Origin: Myxococcota bacterium | GTDB taxonomy: Bacteria > Myxococcota_A > UBA9160 > JAFDDA01 | Assembly: GCA_965228475.1 (NCBI GenBank) | Contig: OZ245817.1 | Coordinates: 3,808,001-3,872,000, forward strand | DNA length: 64,000 nucleotides | Reading direction: 5' to 3' | Part shown: in pieces, positions 21,060-30,515 of the stretch | Position numbering within the stretch: position 1 is the stretch's first letter | Layout: the number at the start of each line of letters is the position of its first letter | Position numbers and translations under genes: made by a program | Notes under the pieces: generated by a model | Told to the model about the DNA's origin: nothing | What the model saw: the letters and a program-made list of their open reading frames with translations, nothing else | Databases searched by the model: none

Positions 21060-21830
21060 TCACTTCGGGGGCATGCGGATGCCGCCATCCACCCGGAGCG
21101 TCTCGCCGTTCATGTAGTCGTTGGTGATGCACTCGGCGACCATCGAGGCGAGCTCGCTGGCGTAGCCGAGGCGCTTGGGGAACAGCACGTTGCGGCCGAG
21201 GTTCTCCTTGAACTTGTCGGACGCCTCGCCCTGGCCGTAGATCGGCGTGTCGATCAGGCCCGGGGCGATGCAGTTCACGCGGATGCCGATGGCCGAGAGG
21301 TCCCGGGCGATCGGCAGCGTCATGCCGACGACGCCGCCCTTCGAGGCCGAGTAGGCCGCCTGACCGATCTGGCCGTCGAAGGCCGCGACCGACGCGATGT
21401 TCACGACCGCGCCGCGCTGCCCGTCGGCGTCCGTGGGCTCCTGCTGCGACATGGCCGCCGCGGCGAGGCGCAGGCAGTTGAAGCTGCCGACGAGGTTGAC
21501 GCGCAGCACCAGCTCGAAGCTCTCGAGCGGGAACGGCTTGCCTTCCCGGTTGACGGTGCGGCTCGCGTGGCCGATGCCCGCGCCGTTGACGAGCGCGCGC
21601 AGCGGCCCGAGGCCGAGTGCCGCGTCGACGGCGGCCTGGACCTGGTCCGTGTCCGAGACGTCCGTCTTCACGAACTCACCCTTGAGCTCCGTTGCGACGG
21701 CCTTGCCCTTTTCTTCGTTGAGGTCGGCGATCACGGGCTTGGCCCCGAGCAGGGAAAGCCGGCGTGCGCTGGCCTCCCCGATGCCCGAAGCGCCGCCCGT
21801 CACGATGACCGATGCGCCTTCGAGTTCCAT
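21060..21830 (-). CDS. SDR-family 3-hydroxyacyl-CoA dehydrogenase (HSD10-like)
   Basis: TGGASGIG, ASVAAFDGQIGQAAYSASKGG, NGETLRVDG.IRM. Confidence 0.92.
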   Translation of the reverse strand: MELEGASVIVTGGASGIGEASARRLSLLGAKPVIADLNEEKGKAVATELKGEFVKTDVSDTDQVQAAVDAALGLGPLRALVNGAGIGHASRTVNREGKPFPLESFELVLRVNLVGSFNCLRLAAAAMSQQEPTDADGQRGAVVNIASVAAFDGQIGQAAYSASKGGVVGMTLPIARDLSAIGIRVNCIAPGLIDTPIYGQGEASDKFKENLGRNVLFPKRLGYASELASMVAECITNDYMNGETLRVDGGIRMPPK

Positions 21831-21832
21831 GT

Positions 21833-22999
21833 CTAGAGCCTTTCGATGAGGGTCGCGTTGGCCATGCCACCGCCCTCGCACATGACCTGGAGGCCGTACT
21901 TGCCGCCGGTCCGTTCGAGTTCGTTCAGGAGCGTCGCCATGAGCTTCGTGCCCGAGCCGCCGAGCGGGTGGCCGAGGGCGATAGCACCGCCGTTGACGTT
22001 CACCTTGTCCATGTCCGCGCCGGTCTCCTTCTGCCAGGCGAGCACGACAGAGGCGAAGGCCTCGTTGACCTCGAAGAGGTCGATCTCGTCGATCGAGACG
22101 CCGCTGCGCTCGACGATCTTCGCCGTCGCCGGGATCGGGCCCGTCAGCATGGTGACCGGATCGGCGCCGGCGAGCGCGAAGGAGTGGAAGCGGGCGCGGG
22201 CCTTCAGGCCGAGCTCCTTCGCCTTCTCGGCGCTCATGATGAGCACCGCCGAGGCACCGTCGCAGATCTGCGAGCTGTTGCCCGCCGTGATCTTGCCGTC
22301 CTCCTTGAAGGCCGGGCGCAGGCCCGCGAGCTTCTCCGCCGTCGTCCCGTGGCGGATGCCCTCGTCCTGGGTGAGCACCTGCTCGTTGCCGTCCTCGTCC
22401 GTGTACTTCACCGGGACGATCTCGTTCTTGAAGCGGCCGTCCGCCGTGGCCTTCTCCGCGAGCTGCTGGGAGCGTGCGCCGAAGGCGTCGAGGTCCTCGC
22501 GCGAGAAGCCCCACTGGTCCGCGATCATGTCGGCGCCGATGCCCTGGGGCGGCAGGCCCGTGTCCGCGTAGCGTTCCTGCATCTCCTTCGGGAAGGGGAA
22601 GTCCATGCCCTTCACGACCGAAGCGCCCATGGGCACCTTGCTCATCACCTCGACGCCCGCCGCGATGGCGACGTCGTAGGCCCCGGACATCACGCCCTGG
22701 GCGGCGAAGTGCATGGCCTGCTGGGAACTTCCGCACTGGCGGTCGACCGTCGTCGACGGCACGGACTCCGGCCAGCCCGCGGCGAGCACCGCGTTGCGGC
22801 CGATGTTCAGCGACTGCGGGCCGACCTGCATGACGCAGCCCATGACGACGTCGTCGACGAGAGCCGGGTCGAGCTGGTTGCGCTCGGCCAGGGCCTTCAG
22901 GGTCTCCGCGGCCAGGGAGGCCGGGTGCCAATTCGAGAGCTTTCCGTTGCGCTTGCCGCCCGGCGTGCGGACGGCATCGACGATCACTGCTTCTTGCAT
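21833..22999 (-). CDS. thiolase (acetyl-CoA C-acyltransferase)
   Basis: DRQCGSS, NEAFA, GGAIALGHPLG, MCEGGG. Confidence 0.95.
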   Translation of the reverse strand: MQEAVIVDAVRTPGGKRNGKLSNWHPASLAAETLKALAERNQLDPALVDDVVMGCVMQVGPQSLNIGRNAVLAAGWPESVPSTTVDRQCGSSQQAMHFAAQGVMSGAYDVAIAAGVEVMSKVPMGASVVKGMDFPFPKEMQERYADTGLPPQGIGADMIADQWGFSREDLDAFGARSQQLAEKATADGRFKNEIVPVKYTDEDGNEQVLTQDEGIRHGTTAEKLAGLRPAFKEDGKITAGNSSQICDGASAVLIMSAEKAKELGLKARARFHSFALAGADPVTMLTGPIPATAKIVERSGVSIDEIDLFEVNEAFASVVLAWQKETGADMDKVNVNGGAIALGHPLGGSGTKLMATLLNELERTGGKYGLQVMCEGGGMANATLIERL

Positions 23000-23015
23000 G
23001 GAGTTCCTCTGGGTT

Positions 23016-23657
23016 TCAGGGGTTGTCGTTTTCCAAGGGGCTCGAGAGCGCCCCGATCACGAAAGCGGTGGCCAGATTCACGAGCGCCTCGCGCTCGATG
23101 CGGGTGCGGTGCATGCACAGGGCGAGCACCGAGAAGATCGACATCTGCACCATGGTCTGGGCTTCGTCCCGCGAGAGCTCCGGACGCACGGCGAGCAGAC
23201 GGTCGCGCAGGACGGTGCGGAGGCCTCGCTCGCTGCGCAGCATGGGCTGGCGGACGTCCGCGTCGAGGCTGCGGGCTTCGAGCACGTAGCAGGCGTTCAT
23301 ATCGGCGTTGTCGAGCACGACCTCCACCCAGCCGCGCACGACGTTTTCGAGGGCCTCGGCCGGGCTCCCCGCCTCGGCGGCCATCGCGGCCTTCATGCCC
23401 GCGCCGATGCGGCCGGCGCCTTCGCGGATGGCCTCGGCCAGGACTTCCTGCTTGGTGTCGAAGTGCGAGTAGACGGCCGTTCCGGCCACGCCCGCCTCCG
23501 CGCCGATGTCGTTGATCGAGGTGGCGTGGAACCCCCGCTCCCGGAACAGGCGCAGCGCCGCAGAGAAGATCTCCGGGCGCCGCGAGGGCCGGCCTCGCCG
23601 AGGGGGCGAGCTCGCGCCGGGCGCGGCGGCACCGGCTTTGGGGGTCGGGGGGCTCAT
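23016..23657 (-). CDS. TetR/AcrR-family transcriptional regulator
   Basis: AALRLFRERGFHATSINDIG..AGV....VYSHF..K HTH; heads the beta-oxidation gene run. Confidence 0.9.
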   Translation of the reverse strand: MSPPTPKAGAAAPGASSPPRRGRPSRRPEIFSAALRLFRERGFHATSINDIGAEAGVAGTAVYSHFDTKQEVLAEAIREGAGRIGAGMKAAMAAEAGSPAEALENVVRGWVEVVLDNADMNACYVLEARSLDADVRQPMLRSERGLRTVLRDRLLAVRPELSRDEAQTMVQMSIFSVLALCMHRTRIEREALVNLATAFVIGALSSPLENDNP

Positions 23658-23745
23658 GCTCGGAATATCTTAGTCGACACTCAGTATTGAAGCAAGCGCG
23701 AGCCGGCCGTCCCATCGCAGCCGACGAACCCTGCCGCGAAGAACC

Positions 23746-23761
23746 CTGCCGGGTTCGGCAG
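23746..23761. promoter_or_regulatory. candidate sigma-54 enhancer palindrome
   Basis: CTGCCG-GGTT-CGGCAG about 60 bp upstream of a -24/-12 promoter. Confidence 0.5.
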
Positions 23762-23820
23762 GGACGTCTCGGGAACGGCAGGCCGAGGCGGCGAAAGCGG
23801 GCCCCTCCGCGTCCTCCGCG

Positions 23821-23836
23821 AGGCACGGCCGTTGCA
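23821..23836 (+). promoter_or_regulatory. sigma-54 (-24/-12) promoter
   Basis: AGGCACGGCCGTTGCA matches TGGCAC-N5-TTGCW. Confidence 0.7.
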
Positions 23837-23899
23837 ATCCGGAGCCAGTGCGTCGCCTGTTCCTGGCGGTCGCCTTGGAAACGACAAAGGAGTCGAACG

Positions 23900-24949
23900 A
23901 TGATGTCTCTGAACGATCGTACTCATGGGGGTCTGTGCGCTGCAGTCGCGCTGGCAGGACTCCTTTTCATGGCGTCGCCGGCCCTCGCCAAGGGCGGCCA
24001 CGGCGGCAGCTCCCGGGCCTGCTCGGCGACGGCCAAGCAGCAGCTGAAGGCCTGCCACTCCGAGACCTTCGCGGACTACCACACGAAACTCGCGTTCTGT
24101 GCGAACGAGACCGAGGACCGCTGGGAGTGCCGCAAGGAGGCGCGAGCCGAACGCTGGGAGGCGGGGGGCGAGTGCGCGGACCAGTTCGATGCGCGCAAGG
24201 CCCTCTGCCACGAGATCGGAGAGGCCCCCTATGCACCGGAGATCGACCCGGAAGACTTCCAGGACCCGCGGAACCCGACTCAGACCAACCCCTACTTCCC
24301 GCTGACCGTCGGCAACCGCTGGGTCTACGAGGAGGACGGTGAGATCATCGACATCACCATCCTCGATGCCACGAAACGCATCGCCGGGATCGACTGCATC
24401 GTCTATCGCGACATCGTGACCAGCGACGGCCTGCTCGTCGAGGACACGGACGATTGGTTCGGACTGCGAAACGACGGCGAAGTCATCTACTGCGGCGAGG
24501 AGGTCAAGGACTACGAGTACTTCGAAGGCGATGATCCGGCAGAGCCCGAGCTCACCGCGATCGATGGCCGCTTCAAGATCGGGGTCGATCTGGCCAAGTC
24601 GGGAACGGTCTTCATGGCCCAACCCGTGGTCGGTACCAGCTACCGCCAGGAGTGGGATCCGGGCAACGCCGAGGACATCGGTACGGTGCTCTCGACGACA
24701 TACGCATACGGCACCGACGAGGAGCTCGACGAGTTCGTCCCGCAGGCCATCGCCGAGCTGATGTGTTCGGACGCCGACTGCGTCGTGATCGCAGACCGCT
24801 CGACGCTCGACCCGGGCGCCTTCGAGCGCAAGTACTACGCCAGGGGCATTGGGAAGTTCCTCGAGGTAAAGCCCGAGGAAGGCGAGTTCGTGCCGCTTGT
24901 CGAATGCAACTTCGACTCGCGCTGCGATTCGCTTCCGGTCGAAGACTGA
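23900..24949 (+). CDS. secreted Cys-rich hypothetical protein
   Basis: Signal peptide (SPALA), six regularly spaced Cys, then acidic domain NPYFPL..G.RWVY / EDTDDW / YCGE; AAGGAG RBS. Confidence 0.8.
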   Translation: MMSLNDRTHGGLCAAVALAGLLFMASPALAKGGHGGSSRACSATAKQQLKACHSETFADYHTKLAFCANETEDRWECRKEARAERWEAGGECADQFDARKALCHEIGEAPYAPEIDPEDFQDPRNPTQTNPYFPLTVGNRWVYEEDGEIIDITILDATKRIAGIDCIVYRDIVTSDGLLVEDTDDWFGLRNDGEVIYCGEEVKDYEYFEGDDPAEPELTAIDGRFKIGVDLAKSGTVFMAQPVVGTSYRQEWDPGNAEDIGTVLSTTYAYGTDEELDEFVPQAIAELMCSDADCVVIADRSTLDPGAFERKYYARGIGKFLEVKPEEGEFVPLVECNFDSRCDSLPVED

Positions 24950-25026
24950 GCGCCGCGGCCCGCCGCTCCCGCGAGGGCGGGCCGCCTCCGCTTGGGGCAG
25001 CGGCTCGAACGAGATAGTCTCGGTTC

Positions 25027-25998
25027 ATGGCGAAGATCCTCGGCAATCTCGGGCCCGAAGACGACGGCCTCCATGCCCTCGGCCCCGAGCCCAACTTCAA
25101 CGAGAGCATGTACTTCAACTTCTTCGACCCGGAGCAGTCGCTCGGGGGCTTCGTGCGGCTCGGCAACCGGGCGAACGAGGGCCAGGCCGAGATGACGGTC
25201 TGCCTCTTCCTCCCGGGCGAGCGCGTCCTGTTCGCCTTCAAGCGCGCGAAGATCGAGCACAACGACGCCTTCGATGCCGGCGGGCTGCGCTTCGACGTCC
25301 TCGATCCGACCGAACGCCTCCGGACCCGCTACGAAGGCGGCGTGATCGAGCTCGCCAACCCGAAGGCCCTGGCGGACCCGGGCCGCGCCTTCCGCGAGAG
25401 CCCGCGGCGGCGCATCGCTCTCGACCTCACCCACGAGGCGGTCGGCCCGATGTACGGCCAGAGCCACGACCACGCCGAGTCCGGCCGCGACCCCGAGAAG
25501 CAGTTCGCGAAGGCCCACTACGAGCAACACATGCGGGTTCACGGCGCGATCGACCTCGGAGACGAGACCCTCGAGATCGACGGCTTCGGCCTGCGCGACC
25601 ACTCCTGGGGCCCGCGCTACTGGCAAGCGATCGAGCGCTACGAATGGCTGACGATGAACTTCGGGCCGGACCTCGGCGCCATGGTGAGCCGCATCCAGGT
25701 GGAAGGCGCCAAGCCCCGGGAGGGCGGCGTGATCATCCGGGGCGAGACCCTCGAGCCGATCGCGAAGGTCACGATCGATGCCGACTACGAAGACAACGGC
25801 CTCTACCACCGCAGCCTCGTCGCGCGGATCGAGACCAAGGCCGGCGAGGCCCACGAGATCCACGGAACGGTGAAAGGCTTCATCCCCCTGCGCAACCGCC
25901 GCGGAGGCCAGACGACCCACATCGGGGAAGGCATGACCGAGTGGCGCTTTGGTGACCGGACGGGGTACGGCCTCTCGGAGTTCCTGCGCCAGGTCTAG
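25027..25998 (+). CDS. conserved hypothetical protein (possibly AttH/CrtC-like double beta-barrel)
   Basis: NFNESMYFNFFD, HYEQ, GLRDHSWGPR motifs; strong codon bias. Confidence 0.7.
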   Translation: MAKILGNLGPEDDGLHALGPEPNFNESMYFNFFDPEQSLGGFVRLGNRANEGQAEMTVCLFLPGERVLFAFKRAKIEHNDAFDAGGLRFDVLDPTERLRTRYEGGVIELANPKALADPGRAFRESPRRRIALDLTHEAVGPMYGQSHDHAESGRDPEKQFAKAHYEQHMRVHGAIDLGDETLEIDGFGLRDHSWGPRYWQAIERYEWLTMNFGPDLGAMVSRIQVEGAKPREGGVIIRGETLEPIAKVTIDADYEDNGLYHRSLVARIETKAGEAHEIHGTVKGFIPLRNRRGGQTTHIGEGMTEWRFGDRTGYGLSEFLRQV

Positions 25999-26080
25999 AG
26001 CCGGTCTCAAGAACTGTGAAGCGGGCTCGGCCCTCCTCGGTGGGCCGCACACGCAGGACAATTTCTGAGACGGGCTCTAG
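25995..26080. mobile_element. putative MITE (86 bp) with CTAG ends
   Basis: Imperfect 23-bp terminal inverted repeats CTAGAGCCGGTCTCAAGAACTGT / ACAATTTCTGAGACGGGCTCTAG (19/23), no coding capacity. Confidence 0.6.
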
Positions 26081-26146
26081 CTCGCCGAGAGCCCGCCTCG
26101 GGCGGTTTTGCTCAATCGTTGCCGCCTTCCTGCCGACGCGAGCCCC

Positions 26147-27385
26147 ATGGCCTCCGTCGACTTCGACCCCTTCTCGGACCGCTTCCGGCAGGACCCCTAC
26201 CCGGCCTACCAGATGCTCCGCGACGAAGCGCCCGTCCACTTCGCGGCCGCCTCGGACCACTTCGTGATTTCTCGCTTCGCCGACGTCGAGCACGTGCTGC
26301 GCGAGCCCGCACGTTTCTCCTCGAAGCTCGACCGGCGCCGCCAGATGCCGACGCTCCGGCTCGGACCGATCGAAGGCCTGAAACTCGGCGTGCGCATGAT
26401 GCGCCGCCTGAAGGCCCCGCCCTGGGCCCTCGCACGTGCGCGGTTCCTCTCGGCCGAGGACGGTGCCGTGCACGCGGCCATGCGCGCCATCGTGAATCGC
26501 GGCTTCACCCCGCGGCGCATCGCCGAGTGGGAGGGCCGCGCGAGGGCCCTCGCGGGAGAGGGCATCACCCGCCTGCGTTCGGGGGAGCCCTTCGATCTCG
26601 TGCGCGACCTCGCGACCCCGCTGCCGGTGACGATCATCGCCGAGATGCTCGGCGTCGAGACCTCCCGCATGCACGACTTCAAGCGCTGGAGCGATGCCTT
26701 CATCGCCGGCGGCACGGGCTCCGGGGGAGCGCCCGCCATCGCCGGGATGTTCGATGCCCTGGGCGAGCTGCGCGAGTACCTCGGCGAGGTCCTCCGGATG
26801 CGCCGCGCCGAGCCGAAGCAGGACCTGGTCAGCGCCCTGGTCGCCTCCGACGGGCTCGACGATCTCGAGATCCTCCTCTTCGTGTTCCTTCTGCTGATGG
26901 CCGGAAACGAGACCACGACCAACCTGCTCGGGAACGCCGTCGACGCCCTGCTCACCCACCCCGAGCAGCTCGCCCGCGTCCAGGCGGACCCGGCGACGAT
27001 CCCGGACCTCGTCGAAGAGGTGCTGCGCTGGGATTCCCCGGTCCAGATGCTCCAGCGCCGGGCGGTCGCGGACGAGGCGCTCCACGGCGTCCGCATCCCG
27101 AAGGATTCCCAGATCGCCGTCCTGCTCGGCGCGGCGAACCGCGACGAGCGGCGTTTCCCGAACCCCGACCGCTTCGAACCGACGCGCCGCGGGCCGAGCC
27201 ACCTGGCCTTCGGGCTCGGGCCCCACTTCTGCCTGGGCGCTTCGCTCGCGCGGCTCGAGGCGCGCGTCGCCCTCGAGGCCCTCGTCCCCGAGCTCGGCCG
27301 CCTGGCCCGCGTCCACCCCGAGCGCGAACTGGTCGATTCCTTCATCGTTCGCGGCGTGAAGCGCCTCGAGCTGCGGGCGGCCTAA
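26147..27385 (+). CDS. cytochrome P450
   Basis: AGNETT I-helix, EEVLRW (ExxR), heme motif FGLGPHFCLG. Confidence 0.96.
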   Translation: MASVDFDPFSDRFRQDPYPAYQMLRDEAPVHFAAASDHFVISRFADVEHVLREPARFSSKLDRRRQMPTLRLGPIEGLKLGVRMMRRLKAPPWALARARFLSAEDGAVHAAMRAIVNRGFTPRRIAEWEGRARALAGEGITRLRSGEPFDLVRDLATPLPVTIIAEMLGVETSRMHDFKRWSDAFIAGGTGSGGAPAIAGMFDALGELREYLGEVLRMRRAEPKQDLVSALVASDGLDDLEILLFVFLLLMAGNETTTNLLGNAVDALLTHPEQLARVQADPATIPDLVEEVLRWDSPVQMLQRRAVADEALHGVRIPKDSQIAVLLGAANRDERRFPNPDRFEPTRRGPSHLAFGLGPHFCLGASLARLEARVALEALVPELGRLARVHPERELVDSFIVRGVKRLELRAA

Positions 27386-27431
27386 CGCGCCGGCCTGCGC
27401 GCCGCCTCCGGCCTTGCCCTAACCTCCCGCG

Positions 27432-29450
27432 ATGCTCCTCCGCCTCGATGCCGTGGCGCGGACCCTCGGCGTCCGCACGCTCTTCCGCGACGCGTCCCTG
27501 CTCGTGAACCGCGGCGATCGGGTCGGGCTCGTCGGCGCCAACGGCGCCGGCAAGACCACGCTCCTGAAGATCGCCGCGGGCGAAGATCCGCCGGACCAGG
27601 GCCGCGTGCTCCGCGCGCGGGAATCCCGCGTCGGCATGCTGCGCCAGGAGATCGACCCCTCGGGAGACCGCAGCGTTCACGAGGAGGCCGCGACCGCCCT
27701 CGCGGAGCTCGACCGGCTCGAAGCCGAGATGCGCCGGCTCGAGGGCAAGATGGAAGAGGCCGGCCGCGAGGGCCGCGACGTCCCCCCGGAGGTGGCCGAA
27801 CGCTGGGACCGCGCCCGCGCCGCCTTCGAGTTCGGCGGCGGCTTCGAGCGCGAAGCCCGCGTCGATCGCGTGCTCGACGGGCTCGGCTTCGACGCCGCGC
27901 GCCGCGCACGGCCCCTCTCCTCCTTCAGCGGCGGCTGGCTCATGCGGGTCGAGCTCGCCAAGCTGCTGCTGGCCTCGCCGGACGTCCTCCTGCTCGACGA
28001 GCCGACGAACCACCTCGACATCCCCTCCATCCAGTGGTTCGAGGAGACCCTCGACGCCTTTCGCGGCGCCGTCGTCCTGATCTCCCACGACCGCGCCTTC
28101 CTGCGCCGCCAGACCACGCGCATCGCCGAGCTCGAGAATGCGCGGCTCACGGTCTACGAATCGGGCTACGACCGCTACCTGACCCTGAAGGCGGAACGCC
28201 GCGAGCAGCTCCTCGCGGCGCAGAAGAACCAGGAGCGCGAGATCGCGCACACCGAACGCTTCATCGAGCGCTTCCGCTACAAGGCGAAGAAGGCGACCCA
28301 GGTCCAGAGCCGGGTCAAGAAGCTCGAGAAGATGGAGCGCATCGTGGTGGAGGACGAGGTCCGCCGTGCGATGCGTCTGCGCATTCCCCAGCCCGAGCGC
28401 GCGGGCGAATCGATCCTGCGCATGACGGGGATCCACAAGCGCTACGGCGAGACGCGCGTCTACGACGGGATCGACTTCCTCGTCCGCCGCGGCGAGCGGG
28501 TGGCGCTGGTCGGACCGAACGGCGCGGGCAAGTCGACGCTCCTGCGCATCGCGGCCGGCGTGCTCGACTTCGAGGAAGGCTCGCGCGAGCTCGGACACAA
28601 GGTGCAGGTCGCCTTCTACGGCCAGCACCAGCTCGAGGAGCTCGATACGAGCCAGACCGTGATCGGCGAGCTCGAGACCATGGCGCGCTTCGACGACCAC
28701 GCGCGCCTGCGCGGCCACCTCGGCGCGTTCCTCTTCTCGGGCGAAGACGTCGACAAGAAGGTCTCGGTGCTCTCGGGCGGCGAGAAGGCCCGGCTCGCCC
28801 TCGCCAAGATGCTCCTGCGCCCGACGAACTTCCTCATCCTCGACGAGCCGACCAACCACCTCGACGTGGTCGCCTGCGAGGTGCTCGAAGAGGCGCTCGG
28901 GAGCTACGAGGGGACGCTCCTGTTCATCTCCCACGACCGGACCCTGATCGACGCCATCGCGACGAAGGTGGTCGAGGTGAAGGACGGACGCCTCGACGAG
29001 TTCATGGGCACCTACACCGAATGGGCCAACCGCATGGCCGGCGAGGGGCTCGTCGACCGCGCGGCGGATGCGCCCACGGCCAAGGGGAAGACGAAGGCAG
29101 AAGGGACGGAGGACGACGCCGGCGCCGTTCCGCCCGAGCCGAAGGCTCCGCCCCGGAGCAAGGCCGAACGGATCGCCGAGCGCGAACGCGAGAAGGAGGT
29201 GAAGCGGCGCCTCTCCCGCGCACGCAAGAAGCTCGCGGCCCTCGAAGAGGACATCGCCGCCGGCGAAGCGCACGTCGAAGCCCTCGGCCATCGCCTCGGC
29301 GACCCGGCGGTCTACAAGGACGGCGAAGCCGTCCGCACCCTCGAAGCGGAACGCAGCGAGAAGCAGACGGAGATCGACGCGAACTATCGCGATTGGGAGC
29401 GCGTCGCCGCGGAGATCGAGGTGCTGGAGCGAAGCCAGCAAGAGGCATGA
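27432..29450 (+). CDS. ABC-F family ATP-binding protein
   Basis: Two ABC domains (GANGAGKT, FSGGW, LDEPTNHLD; GPNGAGKST, LSGGE), no TM segments, coiled C terminus. Confidence 0.95.
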   Translation: MLLRLDAVARTLGVRTLFRDASLLVNRGDRVGLVGANGAGKTTLLKIAAGEDPPDQGRVLRARESRVGMLRQEIDPSGDRSVHEEAATALAELDRLEAEMRRLEGKMEEAGREGRDVPPEVAERWDRARAAFEFGGGFEREARVDRVLDGLGFDAARRARPLSSFSGGWLMRVELAKLLLASPDVLLLDEPTNHLDIPSIQWFEETLDAFRGAVVLISHDRAFLRRQTTRIAELENARLTVYESGYDRYLTLKAERREQLLAAQKNQEREIAHTERFIERFRYKAKKATQVQSRVKKLEKMERIVVEDEVRRAMRLRIPQPERAGESILRMTGIHKRYGETRVYDGIDFLVRRGERVALVGPNGAGKSTLLRIAAGVLDFEEGSRELGHKVQVAFYGQHQLEELDTSQTVIGELETMARFDDHARLRGHLGAFLFSGEDVDKKVSVLSGGEKARLALAKMLLRPTNFLILDEPTNHLDVVACEVLEEALGSYEGTLLFISHDRTLIDAIATKVVEVKDGRLDEFMGTYTEWANRMAGEGLVDRAADAPTAKGKTKAEGTEDDAGAVPPEPKAPPRSKAERIAEREREKEVKRRLSRARKKLAALEEDIAAGEAHVEALGHRLGDPAVYKDGEAVRTLEAERSEKQTEIDANYRDWERVAAEIEVLERSQQEA

Positions 29451-30337
29451 GACGCCCGGCTTCGGACTGGCTGATGCTGCTCGCGCTCGTCGCGATCTGG
29501 GGAACGGCGTTCCTGGTCATCGACGTTGCGGTCGAGACCGTTCCGGCGCTGTCCGTGGCGGCCGGCCGGATCGTCTCGGCGGCCGCCCTGCTCGCCGTCG
29601 TGCTGCCGCTCTCGGGCCGCCGCCTGCCCCGCGGCCGCATCTGGTGGCACTTCCTCGCCCTCGCGCTCGTCGGAAACTGCCTGCCCTTCTTCCTGATCAG
29701 CTGGGGCCAGGAACGGATCGAGAGCGGGCTCGCCGGCGTCCTGATGGGAATCATGCCGCTCTCGACGCTCGTGCTCGCGCACCTCTTCGTCCCCGGCGAG
29801 GGGCTCACGCGGCGGAGCGCCGTCGGCTTCCTGCTCGGCTTCTCGGGCGTCGTCGTCCTGACCGGGCCGGAGGCGCTGCTCGAACTCGGCGGGAGCGCCA
29901 ACGACCTGGTCCGCCAGCTCGCGGTCCTCGCGGGCGCCGTCTGCTACGCCGTGAACGCGATCCTCACCCGGCACCTTCCGGAGACCGACGCCATCACGGC
30001 CTCGACCGCGACGCTGCTCCTCGCCTCCCTCGTGATCGGCCCGGCTTCCTGGTTCATCGACGCGCCCCACCGGCTGCCCCTCGACGCCGTCGACGTCGCC
30101 GCCCTGCTCTGGCTCGGCGTCGTCACGACCGCCGGCGCGACGATCATCTACTTCCGCCTCGTCGCCTCGGCGGGGCCGACGTTCTTCTCGTACATCAACT
30201 TCCTGATTCCGATCGTGGCCCTCGCCTGCGGCGTGATCTTCCGCGGGGAGAGCGCGGGGCCGGGCGTCCTGCTCGCCCTCAGCCTCGTCCTCGCCGGCCT
30301 GGCGATCAGCCAATCACGCCCGGCAGCCGCCGGCTAG
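29447..30337 (+). CDS. DMT/EamA-family transporter
   Basis: IWGTAF, PFFLISWGQ..I.SGLA, about 10 TM helices; ATGA overlap. Confidence 0.9.
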   Translation: MRRPASDWLMLLALVAIWGTAFLVIDVAVETVPALSVAAGRIVSAAALLAVVLPLSGRRLPRGRIWWHFLALALVGNCLPFFLISWGQERIESGLAGVLMGIMPLSTLVLAHLFVPGEGLTRRSAVGFLLGFSGVVVLTGPEALLELGGSANDLVRQLAVLAGAVCYAVNAILTRHLPETDAITASTATLLLASLVIGPASWFIDAPHRLPLDAVDVAALLWLGVVTTAGATIIYFRLVASAGPTFFSYINFLIPIVALACGVIFRGESAGPGVLLALSLVLAGLAISQSRPAAAG

Positions 30338-30357
30338 CCGCCGGCTACACTATGAAG

Positions 30358-30507
30358 ATGGCAACGCCGAGCATCCAGTCGACCCGGCCCGCCGCCTGCG
30401 TGGTGCCGCGCCCGGCGCGCGAGATGTCGCGCCGGGGGCTCCTCTGGCTCGCGGGCACCTACGCGCTGCTCTTCGGGGCCGCGGCCCTCCACCACGTCCT
30501 CGGATAG
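30358..30507 (+). CDS. candidate small membrane protein (49 aa)
   Basis: Fills the intergenic gap; TACACT -10 six nt upstream; C-terminal hydrophobic helix. Confidence 0.45.
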   Translation: MATPSIQSTRPAACVVPRPAREMSRRGLLWLAGTYALLFGAAALHHVLG

Positions 30508-30515
30508 CGCCGCGC

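Noticed and set aside
23660..23690. Operator palindrome upstream of tetR (23657)
   Set aside because: AT-rich, but the symmetry is too imperfect to call
23687..23899. Longer N-terminal extensions given by the ORF track (also 5573, 7095, 8801, 34680, 36682, 38294, 43443, 55045, 59034)
   Set aside because: Extensions overlap promoters or neighbouring genes; downstream starts have an RBS or -10 and signal peptides
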